From Epiperipatus broadwayi (lineage: Eukaryota > Animalia > Onychophora): a stretch of 64,000 nt of DNA. Position 1 is the stretch's first letter. Every line of letters begins with the position of its first letter. The notes under the pieces are model-generated. The model made no database searches, was not told the DNA's origin, and saw nothing but the letters and a program-made list of their open reading frames with translations. A program made the position numbers and the translations under genes. Below are positions 14,519 to 28,999 of the stretch, piece by piece. The stretch covers positions 6,076,001 through 6,140,000 of the forward strand of contig JAQFVV010000010.1 of NCBI GenBank assembly GCA_028023455.1, written 5' to 3'.

Positions 14519-15411
14519 ACCTGGGTCTCGTTTTATGTGGATTATTTTAAGGCAATTTTGAAGTTATGCGATTCATGTTTCTTCTTAATATCTTTCATAT
14601 TTCATTATATTTATTAGATATCAAGAAATTTAAATTATTAATAACTTATTTTGACTTAAAATACTTTTTTTTCCAAAAATATAACGTTATATTAGCAGCT
14701 AACGTGAATATGGCCTGAAGCTGTATTTAGAATCTTAGTCTATGTAAATGTAAATAACCTACTTATACTAATGAGTAAATAATAATAAATTTATACTTAT
14801 GTATAAAAATATCGCAATAAATATTCAAAAATTTTAAACTTTTAAAACGTATTTTGTTAGATGTAACAGAAATAAATAATTTAGATTTTTAAAATAAATA
14901 ATAATGAAGATTTTATTGATTTTGCAAACTGAAAATAATCTTTCTAATGTTAATGTATAATGTTTTTGTTTTGATTACTAAGGGTTAATATAAAAATAGA
15001 AAACCATTAACACAGCACAAGTCTGAAAGTGGCGCTAGTTGTACATCATGTCACGAATCTGATTTCTTACTAGTTCGCAAACGAATGCATATTGTCAAAT
15101 AACGGTAATGATTAAAATATATATGAAAAAATGTAAAATTAAATACTGTAGTCAATAAAAATATTCAAAAAAGTTTGTCTTGTATTAATTTTTTTCAAAT
15201 ATTTGATATTTTTTATTAATCATACTTTATTTCCTTATTTTTTTAATGTGAATTTTAAAGTAATTTTTCTTGTTGCTTTGCTTTTATGCAGATTTCTGAA
15301 AATTACATAACCTATCCACCATTTTTCAAGGTAAGTTAAGTTTATTTTTGTGTGATTTCTTTTGTGCGTATTTTCTGAGGAACCTATCTACCGTTAAAAC
15401 GAGACCCAGGT
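14519..15411. mobile_element. Probable MITE with short TIRs in TA context
   Basis: acctgggtctcgtttta (14519-14535) is the exact reverse complement of 15395-15411; both ends abut TA runs. Confidence 0.45.
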
Positions 15412-16024
15412 ATATATATATATTATGTGTGTATATAAACACAGTTGCAAAAAAAAAACTTTTATGTTTGCAACACATTAGATTATCTATTAAATTGTAC
15501 AACTTGATTAGTAGCAATCAATATATAAATCTTATATTCTTATGACGTATTGACTTTAAATTTGTAATACAAGGAATCCATTTATATTTTATGTTTAAAA
15601 AATATTATAAATAAGGCACACAAATGTGTGAACATTACTTTCAATCACAATTTAAAAATATTTAGAAAATTGTAGCATCTATTTGTACATTTTATTAAAT
15701 TAAATATTTTTAATGATTAAGCTTAATAATATAATGAGCATACTTATAGAAAAAGAATATCATTTTCATGCCTCATTTTAAATAGTATATTTTCTTACTT
15801 TTTGTATTGATAAAAAAAGTAATTAATGAAACTTCTTCAGTATCAATTTGAATTACTTTTAAGTAATACCATCATTTCTTAGATATTATTTGTAAAAAAA
15901 TATAGTTTATTTCATTCAACAATATAATTAATTTTAAGAAATCAATATTTAGCAATCAGTCCAAATTTAAAACTCTAATCATAATTAAATCTTTTTAAAA
16001 AAAACTATTATATGAAAATCTTAC

Positions 16025-16174
16025 CTTGTGAATGGTCATTACAATTATAAAATAGATGAAAGCAAGAACAGCTAAAATAAAAAGTCTACGCACAGGAAAT
16101 CCTAGTAATTCTTTTTCAGACAAGAATGTAGAATGAAGAATAATATGAGTAATCACTGATACATCAGCTGGTAA
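16025..16174 (-). CDS. Tango1: Tango1 exon 6, membrane segment (LPADVSVITHIILHSTFLSEKELLGFPVRRLFILAVLAFIYFIIVMTIHK)
   Basis: Acceptor tttcag|, donor AAG|gtaaga, 150 nt, phase 0-0; ~18-aa hydrophobic helix. Confidence 0.88.
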
Positions 16175-19100
16175 CTGAAAATTTAAAAAAATAAAAAAAA
16201 CGTGCATATTATAATAATTTCTGTTTTTAATCAGCAAAATTTAAAAACTTCTCTCATACTTTAATAACTATTAGTTGGTACAAAGATTTATGTTTTAAAA
16301 CATTTTTATTCTAAATAAACAATACAAAATGATTTATAAATAATATAAAGCTAAAATACAAAAGTATAATAGAGAAAATAGATATTTTATATATAAGATA
16401 TTTGGTGCTTTACATTTATTCTTTTAAATCTATTTTGTTTAATTTTTTTTTTTTCTTTCACTAAATATATTAAAGAATTACATTAGAACTATCACAAATC
16501 TTACATTCGAGTGTTTTTATTATATAAATTCAGCTATCTTTTGATTGTTGATTTAATGTTATTACATTTTTTATAAAGTTTAAACTATATATATTTGTAT
16601 GTGTATATATCAAGTATTTTATAAATCTGATGAGTTAAAATTATATTTTTAATATAACTATAAAAGAAATATATAAAAAAATTAATATATTGTTGTTTAT
16701 TTATTTTGATCTAGAACAATTTTATTTTATGACAATTATCGTAGAATAGTTTAACTTTATAAAAAAAGTTAATACTCATAATATTCAAGTTCATTACTTT
16801 AGAACATTCTACCAATTTTACATTTCTTTGAATAAAATTATTTTGTGTAGCTTTTCACTTCAGAATACTCAATATAACAGTAGTATTCTTAGAATCTATG
16901 TTCATTTTTTGAAATTTTGTACTATCTCATTTTTTTGAAAAGAATCATAATGGTAATGGTAATCTAATTATTCAGATTGTTAGCAGACTCACCCTTTCAA
17001 AATAGAATAAATCTTTGAAAGTAATACCAGATCAATACACATGCTTCCTATGACAATACATCTACAGAATCTAAAATATGATATAACTTCCAAGTATTAT
17101 GCTTATATGTAAATATCACAATATACCAAATGCAAGTCCAATTAGAGTAAATTTTTCATGGAGTATTTCATAATAATATGTTTAATGTGAATAATTAAAA
17201 AGAAAAATGTTATAATTATCAAATACCCAGAAGCTGAATCAATATTTTTTGTCACTTTAATTCTTTATAAATATACTAAAAGTTTAATATTGTATTTTAA
17301 ATTGAAACTTATTGAAATAACATCAAAAAACTTTAAAATAAAGAAGAACGCTAATTATATCTTCCAATAATATAAAATGGAATTTTTAAGTTAAGATGGT
17401 AAATTAACTTATATGAATTTAATCACAGATTCAACTATCTATCAGCTATAATATATCATTGGCAAAAGATTTACATCAGTCAAGAGAGTTTCAAATTTAA
17501 ATATGTTTAGACATTATCTGATAATACATTTTATTTATGAGGACTTAAAGAATTTGAATTGTATCCCCACAATAACAAAACCTTAAAAGAACAAACCTGG
17601 TGAATTAATTCTGACTTTTTAATATCTCAGGAATAATAGAAAGAGGTTTCACTATACTTAATGTTTAATCTTTTCAAGTGATTCGGTTTATTGAAATGCT
17701 TCTTATTACAAATCACTATGCATCATTATACAAAGTTGAAAAAAAATCTAGCTTTGCTGAAATTGACATTAACCAATTTTGATAACAGATGAGCATTAAT
17801 AAAATTGAAAAAGTTAGTCTTTTGAAACAAAATTCTAACAAAATCAGTTTATTAAAGAAAAAATTGCAAAGTATTAATCACATTTTCAAAAACTGTTTCT
17901 ATATTTAATATTATTTACATAAAGATTCAATCAATTAAATTTATTCTGTAGTGAAATCAGATATTATAATAATCTTACTCATTTTAAACATGATTACAAA
18001 AACAATGTTCTAATGGTCCATAAGTCATCATCAAGCAGGAGAGATTTAAACAAGATTCAAAGAATCATGTATATGTATAAATATATTATAAAACAAATCC
18101 TTATCATAAAACCAATAATCATCATCATAGAACCTCATTAATCATCACAAGATCAATAAGTGAATAAAGAACGAGTATGGACTTTAAAGGCAATTAATTA
18201 CCTTAGTGCCATCTACCTAATTCCATAGAGAACAAATAGATGTCCACACAATATAGATGTTTTATTTTTATTATTAGTCTGGTATTGATTTCTTGATTTC
18301 ATATGGTAAATTTCATCTCAATCTCAAATTTACCTCTAAAATAATAAATTACACAAAAACAGATTAAGTAAGAATATATAATTTATTAGTATGTTAGTAT
18401 TGTATGCGTATATATAACTTTAACCAGTGCATTTATATTTTTATTTGAATTAGGTTTACCACTTTTAATACAGCTTGTCTTCGATGTCAATAATTTTACT
18501 TATTTCTTCATTATTTTAATAGACTTAGCTTTTATTTTGCATTTACTACTTACAATCCAAAAATGTTTCACTGAAGTGTGCGTGTGCAAACAGAATATGA
18601 CATATATTCACATTTATCTAATTTAACTATCCTATGCTGAACCATAGTAATGCAACCTCATTAAGTATTTCATTCTGAATCTGTGGTAAGTATGGAAACT
18701 GTTATAATCTATATTACCAGTCATATTTTATTATATTTAAATAGAAAATAATGTACTAAAATGATCATAATGCACCAGTAATTAGACTTGGAATGATATA
18801 GTCAAATCTCAAGTGACAATTATTAAAAATGAGAACCATCTTCCTTTTATATCAAAGCACTCACATTCTAATGGCTATTTCACTCCAGACAAAAGATTGA
18901 TTCAGAAAACTTAATTTCATGGCTGCTGTAAATTTATTACCATTTAACTTCAATTAGCACTTCACATATCCTATATTCCATACACACATATGAACAGAAT
19001 AACTTTTATACTAAAACCATCACTGATTCAATATAATTAGATTATCTTTATTATTTAACTCAAATACTTATTTTCTTCAAAATTAAATGACATCAGCTCT

Positions 19101-22100
19101 ATACAAATATTTTCTTAATCATTTAATATCAAATCTTATTACTTCTCCATAATATAATTTACTCGTAAACATCTCATAATTAGTTTTCATTGTTGAGTTT
19201 CTGCCTTAAAATGAAAGCACAGTTAAACACTTATTTTCACATATAAATATAAAATAAACACTTATTAAACATTCTTTATGTTCTTAGCACAAATATTTTA
19301 ATTTGCCCAGGATATATATGGTTACATTTATTTAATAAATGTTAGTACTAGACATATACACACACACCTATATGTTTTGCATAATACAATGAATCAACTT
19401 ATCTTCAACTAGTGGACTTGTTCAGATTCCATCTTAATTTCATTGGATTCAGCAATTATCACTTATAACCAATGGATATATAAGATATATTCAATAGCAG
19501 AAACAAGCCAGTAAGTGATGATGTTCAGTGAAACCGATAGTTTTCATTATGGAAGAGGATTTGGTTATATATAGGTAATCCATTTGGAGGTAAAGTCGGT
19601 CAACAACCAAATACATAACTGTCAGAGCTGAATATCAGTATTCATATTGTCCACTATATTATTAAAGCAGAAAGGCAAATTCATGATAAAACAATTGGAA
19701 GCTGCTAGAATAGAAACATGACCCAAGGCAAGTTATCATAGTATAGCTGGAAGTATTACGTAAATCTAGAAGAGTACCTGAGTCTCTTCCTTCAACAGTT
19801 GCATGGCAATGACATGCTACACTAATCAACCATATCAAACAGGTTATCATTTGCATATATTGTAAATATATATTGTATATAAGCTGAATAAAATATTTAA
19901 TCTTACTTATACGAGTCAGTCACATAATTTCCAAGTTTGTAATATAAAACCTCAAATCATTTCTTAAAAACTTTCTAAGACATCTAATATAAATTACTTT
20001 AACTGATAATTTAAATGATTTTTTTTTACACTCAACTGGCCGATCATCTAAGGAAGTTTAACTTTTACTTTAATTATCTTTTGAAAGCCATTTGGAAAAG
20101 GAAAAAAAAAATTTTTCCTATTTTCATTCTAAGTTAAATTTACTTGATTTGTTGTTTTTTTTTTAAATTGCATATTTATAAAAATGAATCATTACTTAAA
20201 CAAGGTATATACATAAAATTTTCATAAAAGACATATTTCTAGAAATCATCATTTTAAAAACTAACAATATTTTCATTATTTATTTTAGATCAGATCATTT
20301 AACTAACTTCTGTTCAATTTGAGTTTGTAACATAGTTCAAAATAAGCATAAACACCTTTACATCTTTGGGTCCATATGTACATATTATTAGCTAGTAATT
20401 TTTCTTGACAATATATTTTTTTCTTTTTTTGTCTTAAGTAATAATGAAGCTTCAGGATTTATAAAATTACATCATGTTCATTTTCACATTTTATTATAAT
20501 CACTAAAAGGAATTTTAAATTGGTCATTTTCTTGAATCATAGATATAATATCTTTCTGGTGAAAATTTGCTTTTCTATCCTATATTTTATGTATTGCTTA
20601 CTTTTAGAATTTTCTTCATGGCACTCCTAAGTAGGCTGCTGTTATTCTTCCTTTATATCACACAGTGTCACTCCTTTCACAAGCTAGAACTCCTTAAAAC
20701 TTTTTGCTTATTTAAGCCTTTGTATATTTTTTTTAAATCATGTGCTTTCTTCATCTAAATTTTTCTAGAACAATATTATCTCTAGGATTTCCAATTAATA
20801 TAATTAATCTTTAAATATAAATAAGTATAGAAGAGTTATTTTTAATCAAACCAAATTCATAAAAGAATTCTTTAAAACTTAATCCAGTATTATTATAGGA
20901 TCAAATTTTAATTAAAACATTTTTTTTTCTTGAATACCAAAATATTTTATTAATATCTCAATTTTTTTTTTTGATCCAAACAATTTATTATAGTCTTCTC
21001 TTTTAATAATGATATACTATAAAAGAATTCCTTTATTTTAAAAAAAAAAATCTTTTAACAATCTAGCCAATTTAATTAAAGCACAATCTTAAGAAGAAAA
21101 AAAATTACTTTTAGTTTTTTTTTTTCATTTAAATATTTATTAACAAAAAGTGAAATATAAATTTCTTTCCACTAACATATTGAGTGAATATAATTTGAAT
21201 ATATGTCATCTCTTTGTTTCTTTTAAAGGATAGTGTCTGTACTAAGTATTTTTATACACACACACACACACAAATGTATATTGAACCTATTTTCTTAAAT
21301 GTTTTAAACTATTAATTTAGCAGTTCTATCCTTATGTATTTTGACTTTAATCTAACCATATAAATAGTGCTTAAATCCCTATTGCTATTCCTGCTTACTC
21401 CATATGCCTTGGCAATAAAACACTGTTTCAGTATATACATGAATTAACGATTAATCTTGAAAATAAATTTAGTACTGTGAAGAATATATTTCTTGTTAAA
21501 TATTTACACATTAAATTTAATTGATTGATTATATTAATTAAAAGTAACTAATATTGTCTTCATGAATTCTTTTTTTTTTTTATTAAATTATTTTAATAAA
21601 TCATAATTATTCCAAAAAAAAACCAGGGATCAATAATTTTCAAATTGTACAATTATTTTGTTTTCTGCAATTTTAAAAATACTATAAAAAATAATTAAAT
21701 AATTACGATGCAAATTTGCATTATTTAAACAGCACTTTGAAAGAAAAAAAACAGAATTTAAAATTTTATATATTGGATTTAAATTATTAAATAGTATTTT
21801 TAAAAAAACACACAAGCATACCAACATTCTGTGACATTTCAACTAGTATATGTTATACAATATCAAATAATTCTCCAATCAATATATATTTATCCACATA
21901 CTTACACACAAACATATAGGTAAAAAGTGATAAAATAGCCCATTACTCTCCATAAAGAAACAGTGCACCAAGTTAATCAACTACAAGATGAGAATTTGAG
22001 TAAATATACCTCAGAAGAAAAAAAATGCAAAAAAACTTTTGTATAATAATATCCCTCGCCCAAGCAAATCTGTTTGGTTAGTAGCAATCAAGATATAGTT

Positions 22101-22689
22101 CTTTAAAACTATACTCTTTAATATATAATACAGAAAATCATTTTTAAGCTCAAATAACATCAACAACAGATAGAAGAATGTAATCATTATTTTCAATAAT
22201 AATTTAATTACAATTGAAAAATTCTAACACTTATTCATCTATTTTGTAAAATTAAATATAATACTTTTTTTTTTAATAATTATTAAATCAATTAATTTAA
22301 TTTAAGTTTTAAAAAAATCAAATTTTAAAAATACTTGTAATTTTATTCAAAGAAATTAATTTTGAAATTTTTTTTTAGAAAATTTTCATTGAAAAATATT
22401 TCTGGTATAAAAATATGACTTTATTTCTCAGTTAATTATAATTTTTAACAATTTATATTTTAATTACATGAAATTGTCTATTAGAAAATTTTTTAATTTC
22501 TTACTAAAATTTATAATAATAATAAAATATTTAAAAAGAAATCTTTTACCAAAAAAAAAAGGCAAAAGTTTACATGTTGATATTGTTTTATTAAAATCAG
22601 AATTGCAAATTTAAAAATGGAATAAAAAAAAATTATATACTAATAAATCACAAGACTTTGAATTAAATATTTTTATCTATTTGTATTAA

Positions 22690-23720
22690 CAGCATACTAT
22701 TTTATTCATATCTTTTATGCCACCTATTGGAAGCTTTAGTAACTAATAGATGATGGATGATAGTGCTTATTAAATTCAGTGCTGTCCTATCCAATATCCC
22801 CAGAATAGCTTCAAGTTTATGACTTTATCAGTGAGGAACTTTGGGTCTTGGAATAATGTAGTTGGATTTTTAGAATCTAATACATCTTCCTTCTTGTGAC
22901 CATCATTTATATTGTTTTTTAATTTTCAAGTTATCAGTTCAAATTGAAAAACATATATTTTCAATCTAAGCCAACTTACTTATATAGTCATATAGATCTG
23001 AAACTAGTTAAATATCTATATACTATGGTGTCCTTAGTTTTTAAACAACTATAAGCACTTTTATCCTGTGACCAGAATTGATATAAAACTAACAAAATAT
23101 ATCTTTATCACATGACTTCAATATACTCATTGCTGTTTCAGCAGCATACTTTTTTCTTCACACCACTATCCTACCTACTGTAAGCTTTAGAAACTAATAC
23201 ATGCCTGATGATAGTTAATAAATCCTTATTCAGTGCATGGAGGAATGAAAAAAAAAGCATGCTGCAGAAACAGTAACGAGTAAGGTAAAAGTCATGTAAT
23301 AATCATGCAACATTTATTGGTTTTATATCAATTCTGGCACAGGTTAAAGATGAATTATTGTTGTTAAAAAACTAAAGATGCCATAATATTTAAATACCGA
23401 ACTGATTTTAGATCTACGACTATTCAGCTTAGATTGAAAAACATTTGTTTTTCAATTTAAACTGATAATTTGATTGTTAAAAAGAGAAATAAATGACGGT
23501 TGCTAAAAGGAAGTTACATCAGATTCTAAAGATCCAAAATGCATTGTTTCAAAATTCAAAGCTCCTCAGTAATAAAAACTAGTCTGGGGATATTAAATAG
23601 GAGATCGCTAGTTTAGATTTATTATGTACTATCAACTGTCATCTATTAGTTACAAAAATTTACAGCAGTTGACCAAGAGGGTGTGAAGTATGCTGCCGAA
23701 CCTCAATGACTATGCTGAAG
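22690..23720. mobile_element. Old, diverged palindromic copy of the hammerhead repeat family
   Basis: Degenerate hammerheads at 22791-22845 (-) and ~23556-23595 (+); body motifs ttttcaatctaagc / gcttagattgaaaa in inverted orientation. Boundaries approximate. Confidence 0.6.
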
Positions 23721-24368
23721 TTAATTATTTAAAAATTTAAAAACATGTAAAAATTTAATTTAGAGAATCAAAAAATTTTAAAGAAAAATAAAAAAAAGAG
23801 ACTTATAAGAATCTTTTTAGAATTAGATATATGTTAAAAATTAAGCACATAATATATAAAGAATGATAAATATAAAGATTTATTATCTTATAAAGCTTTA
23901 GCATATTCTTTTTGATAAAAATGTCATAAATAATTTAAACCTATTTGCATATATGTAGGATTATGAAAAAACTTTTCTTAAAGACTTATTTTCAAAAAAA
24001 ATAACTTTAACGGATTGTGGAGATTATATAGCCCACCCAATTTGCAGCTATGTCAAAATCATAACAGATATTGTGTTAAATCTTACTGCATTCTTAAAAA
24101 ACAGACAACTTAATACATTTGCATAGTTAAAATTTCTGAAATAGTTCATGATTCAAAGGAACAGTAAAAAGTTACAATGGAATTTGATAAGTTTTAATGT
24201 TTTTTATATTTTCATGTTTAGAACTGTTTTTAAACTTGAATATGTATAAAGGCAATATTTATTACACTTTATTCAAACAAATATAAAAGATATTAATTTT
24301 TAAAAAAATGTGAATGCTATTACATATGTAAATACTCTTAACACAAAAATCAAAAAATGCATACTTAC

Positions 24369-26785
24369 GCTATCAAGAGCAAGACTCCAATAATGTTTTA
24401 CCAAATTGTTGTACTGATTAGTCATCTCTTGCCAAACATTTTGAGATTCTTCCTTCTTATGCTCATACTCTGTATTACTATCATTAAATTCAGTATTATG
24501 TTCATCTTCTACCTTTGGTAATGAGTTATCCAATTCATTATTTATTGCATTGTCATTTGTAGTGGTTTCCATAACAGTATTCGTAGTATAAGTATCAATC
24601 TTTGAAGCTGGTTCAGATTGAGGTTTCAAGGTTGATAATTCATTCTCTTCATTCTCTGTAAATAAGTGACTTTCAAAATTATCTTCTACTTTATTATCTA
24701 ACTCATTTTCATCATTATCATGAGGATAAATATTTGACGAATATGTTTGTTCTTTCTGCTTATTATCTAGCTCATTTTCATCATTATCATGAGTATAAAT
24801 ATTTGATGAATAAGCTTGTTCTTTCTGCTTATTATCTAACTCATTTTCATCATTATCATGAGTATAAACATTTGATGAATATGTTTGTTCTTCCTGCTTT
24901 ACATATTCTTCATTATTTTTATTTTGTTTCAATACTGATTTCTGATCTGAATCTACACTTATCTCTTGTCCATTCTCCAAAGACTTAGAGTTTTTAGCAT
25001 TAGAATCATCATTATTAACTTCTTCATTTATAGAGTCTTTAAAATTAATATTAGCAGCTTTCTCATTTTCAATTGTGGTGTCAACTTCATTCAAATTTTT
25101 AGAATTTTCTGTATCACTGCCATATTGAAGAAGCGAAGAAATAGCATCAAAGAAACCTAAAGTGGGAGCAACACTTTCAGGAAGACTGTCTATAACAGAT
25201 GAACTTGAGGTTTCGTCATTTGTAATAACATAACTTTTAGAAGGAGAAATTTCAATTGATAATGATGGTGATATTTGTATTTTCTCTGGTAAATTATCAA
25301 AGTGAGAGATTGTACTAATTTGTATTGAAGATTTTAATTCATCATCTCTTCTATTGGAAAATTTTAATTCATCATCACTTCTACCAGTATCAATCCTTTC
25401 TCGCTCTAAATTATCAACTTCATTAGATGTATTAATATCTATCGATGATTTTAATTCATCATCCTTTCTATTTGTAATAATGGTTTCTTGTACTAAATTA
25501 TCAACTCCATTAACTAATAATGATGGTTTCTCTACAAAAGCTTCCTCAACATTTGTAGTCTGCATAACTATAGCTGTTGGTATAACATCATCAACAATAT
25601 CTACTGGAATTAATGTTCCATCAAAAAGAACTTGAGATGGTTTCACATTATCAGTGTTCAAAATAATTTTGGAACTTATTGTTGAACTTATCACACTTTT
25701 TTCAATATTATATAATCTATCAAAATCAGTAAAATCATTGTTTTTAGTTAATAAAGAATCCCCAGTATAATCGGAAGATTCAGAATAGTCAATTGAAATT
25801 TCTTTATCAGATACATGATCAAGTTGTATTTCTTCAACCTTTAAAGCATCTATATTTGTTCCATGTGATTTTTCAATCTCATTTTCTGTAATATTTTTTT
25901 CCAATTCTTCAGAATAAAATTTATCATTTACAATAGTGTCTAAAGTTGGAGTTACCTCTTGTGAAATAGATTTTGAAATGTCCAATTCATCAGAAAAAAA
26001 AGTTTCTTTTTTATCAGATTTCTCAGGTGGATCAATTTTTTCAGATGATTTTAATTTTTCAGGATCTTCTAAAACAATGGCTTCAATTTTAACAAATTTA
26101 TCTGGAAAAAATGTTTCTTTTTTCCCTGCGTCTTCAGATGGAGCAATATTTTCATTTTTAATTAAAAAATCATTATTAATCAAAGACTGTGTTTCATCAT
26201 AGGAAGTTAAATCTAATGCCTCTTCATTTATGTTTTCATTATGTATTTCTGAATCCTCTAAGGGAACATCATCTTTATCTTCTAATGTATTTGCAGATAA
26301 ATCAGAATCAACAGAAGTTTTATCAGAAAGAGGCAAATGATCATCTGCTACTTCCAACAAATCTTCATTGTCAGATGAAATTTTATTAGTAACATCAGTT
26401 TTGTAATTAGCATCCTCTTCCAATAATTCCTTTTTAGATTCTTCAGTGAGAGCATTCTGATTCCCATCATTAGTATCATTAGATGAATCGGTAATTTTCT
26501 CATCAAAGTTTATAGTTGAATTTACCATACTATCTAACATCTCATTATGGTCATTTGTTGCATCATGAGTTTCAGTAGTTTTTTTATCCAAGTTTTCAGT
26601 TGAATTTATAATATCATGATCACTTGTAGCATCTTGAGAAATGGAGTTTATATCAATTTTGTCACTGTTTATTTCAAATTGTTTTAACCTCTTTTCATCA
26701 ATTTCTTTCGGGGAATTCTGAGATGCTTCAGATAATGGAATATTTTCTGCTGATGAATACGTATCTTCTAAAATCTTGTTCAAAT
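24369..26785 (-). CDS. Tango1: Tango1 exon 5, large acidic low-complexity luminal exon (2417 nt)
   Basis: Corresponds to the 827-aa ORF 24300..26783; acceptor atatag|AT (phase 1), donor AGC|gtaagt (phase 0). A large luminal exon is typical of TANGO1. Confidence 0.92.
24691..24897 (-). repeat. Coding tandem repeat, 3 x 69 bp (23 aa, KQKEQxYSSNIYTHDNDENELDN)
   Basis: Units start at 24691, 24760 and 24829. Confidence 0.95.
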
Positions 26786-28999
26786 CTATATTTCAAAAAT
26801 AAAAATTAAAAATGTTTTAATTTACATTTAATCTATTTCTTTTTTAAAATAAAATGTTGTGCTAAAATAAAAGATTAGTTATATTTATTATGCTCTTGTT
26901 CTTTTTAGATTATTAAAACAATCATTAAATATTTTAGTATGTACAGTTAGTAAATTATTTTATATAAATACATAATTGATTGATTTTCTTTTTTTTTTTT
27001 TTTTTGTTTGTTTGTTTTAATGTAAAACTATTTTTACTTATTTACAATATAAAGTGATAAACTCTATGATGGTTAGTCACTATAAAAACAATTTAGCCAA
27101 CTAAATATATTATGAAATAATTAATATATTCATAGTTTAATGTTCTGGAAATATTTCCTTGCAAAATTGATAGGAATAAAAAAAAATCCGTAAGAATTAT
27201 ACAATTATTTCCAAATGAATAGATCAGTATAAAACTTTTATATAAACATAAATCAAATTGTGAAGAGAAGTCATAGATGCAACAAATTATTTTTAATATA
27301 CCACATTGAATAATCAAATAAATAATGGAATTGGTTTGATTTCATTATTAGTAAATAAATATAATCATTCTAATTTTTTTTTAAAAATTAATTTAGTTTG
27401 TATCCATATCACAATGATGCCTATGTTGAATAACTCAAATCTGTGTGTTTCTAAACTACAGGTAGTGCTGTTAAACCATTTCAGCATTGCTTTGTATTCA
27501 TGTGTGTGGGTGTATATATATATATAAATACATATCTGACATCTTGTGCTGCAGCAAATTTTTCTTTCTGAGCAGCTTCAATAACATCATTTATTGTAAT
27601 TCTCTGTTATATTCTATCCTCAAATATATTCTCACAGTGAAAGCAATCATTATGGTATCTTTTTGAATTCTCTGACATAATCTTGGCAATATAAATGGGT
27701 CTGTTCTTCATTACAAAAATCATACTTAAGTTTATACTACAAGAAACATTTTTTTACTGCTTCACTTATAATAGCAGATTCAATAACATTATCCATTTAA
27801 CAGAAGAATATAAATTGAAGATCATATCATCAGTTGGTAACTTATGATCTTCAAATTATTATAAAGCACCTTTAAATGAACATTTTGCAGAATGGTAAGC
27901 AATAAATTTGGCAAAATGACAGTTCTATAATAACTAATTTCAAATCTATTAGTTTAATAAACAAATGTGAAATCAATAATAAACCTATAGATATGAGTTG
28001 CAACGTTACTAATCTAAATACAAGAGATATTACAATTAATTTATGTAATTTACTAATAAATAGATTAGGAAATATATAAAATAGGCACTCAATAATAGTT
28101 TGGTAAAAAACTAATTGTGCATGTGATGATATATGTAATTGTAGTGACCATTAGTAAAATTAAAAAAGGATAAAATATAGGATGATTTGCAAATCAACAA
28201 AGCTGAATTATACATTTAATTAATAACAACCAAGTCCATTAGATTTATGTGAATAAGTGATCTTTCTTTTTTTACAAGAACATATAAGTATATTATATTC
28301 TTTTGCTGTCAAACAATAACTTTAATAATAATATCTCAAATATAATCAGTAATTAGCTGAAACATATTTTAAAAAGTTAACAAAAAAAATGAGGCATCAA
28401 TACCATATTAATTTACTTACTATATGATCTGTGTTTTCCTTTGTAATGTGTTCAAGATCAAATAAAAAGTATTATTTAATTAAATTTTAACTTATTCTAA
28501 CAAAATCAAATCTGGCAATCATAAAACTTTTAAGGGCTCTTTTTGTAATATTGTCTGAGTTCAAATCATTCTGAATTATTGAAAATCACTATCAAGTGAA
28601 GTTTTATTGTGGTTTGGTGTATTTTATTAACATAAAAAATTCCAGGCCAAACAATAATGATTCAGTGTTCAAAGAACTGTTAAAAAAATTAATCTCAATT
28701 ATGTAATAAAATTTTGTTTTATAAAAAATATCTCTTTACTGCAACCTTTTAAAAATCACATTTTTGATTTCCAAAAATATCAATACTATTATATCTGGCT
28801 TGATATTGCAAATTTAATAAAAATATATATCCAACAGGGCAGTCTTCCCAAATATTTAAATATTAACCATAACTCTTATATACACCTACACACACACACA
28901 CATACAGAGAGAGAGAAATAAAATCACCTAGTCATAGACACTTCTTAATATTAATCTATTTAGTATCATCTTATAATCAGTGCTGCTGTATTTTGATAA

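Noticed and set aside
15326-15517. ORF ...LGLVLTVDRFLRKYAQKK as a possible exon after the TM segment
   Set aside because: Overlaps the MITE end, has no usable donor, and is not needed for frame.
19505-19545. gtgatga...gaaaccga, loosely hammerhead-like
   Set aside because: Core mutated; no convincing stem I or II.
24691-24897. Regular short direct repeats suggestive of a CRISPR array
   Set aside because: Contiguous in-frame coding repeats without unique spacers, in a eukaryotic exon.
24734-26389. Several plus-strand ORFs opposite exon 5
   Set aside because: Antisense shadows of the biased, repetitive Tango1 exon.
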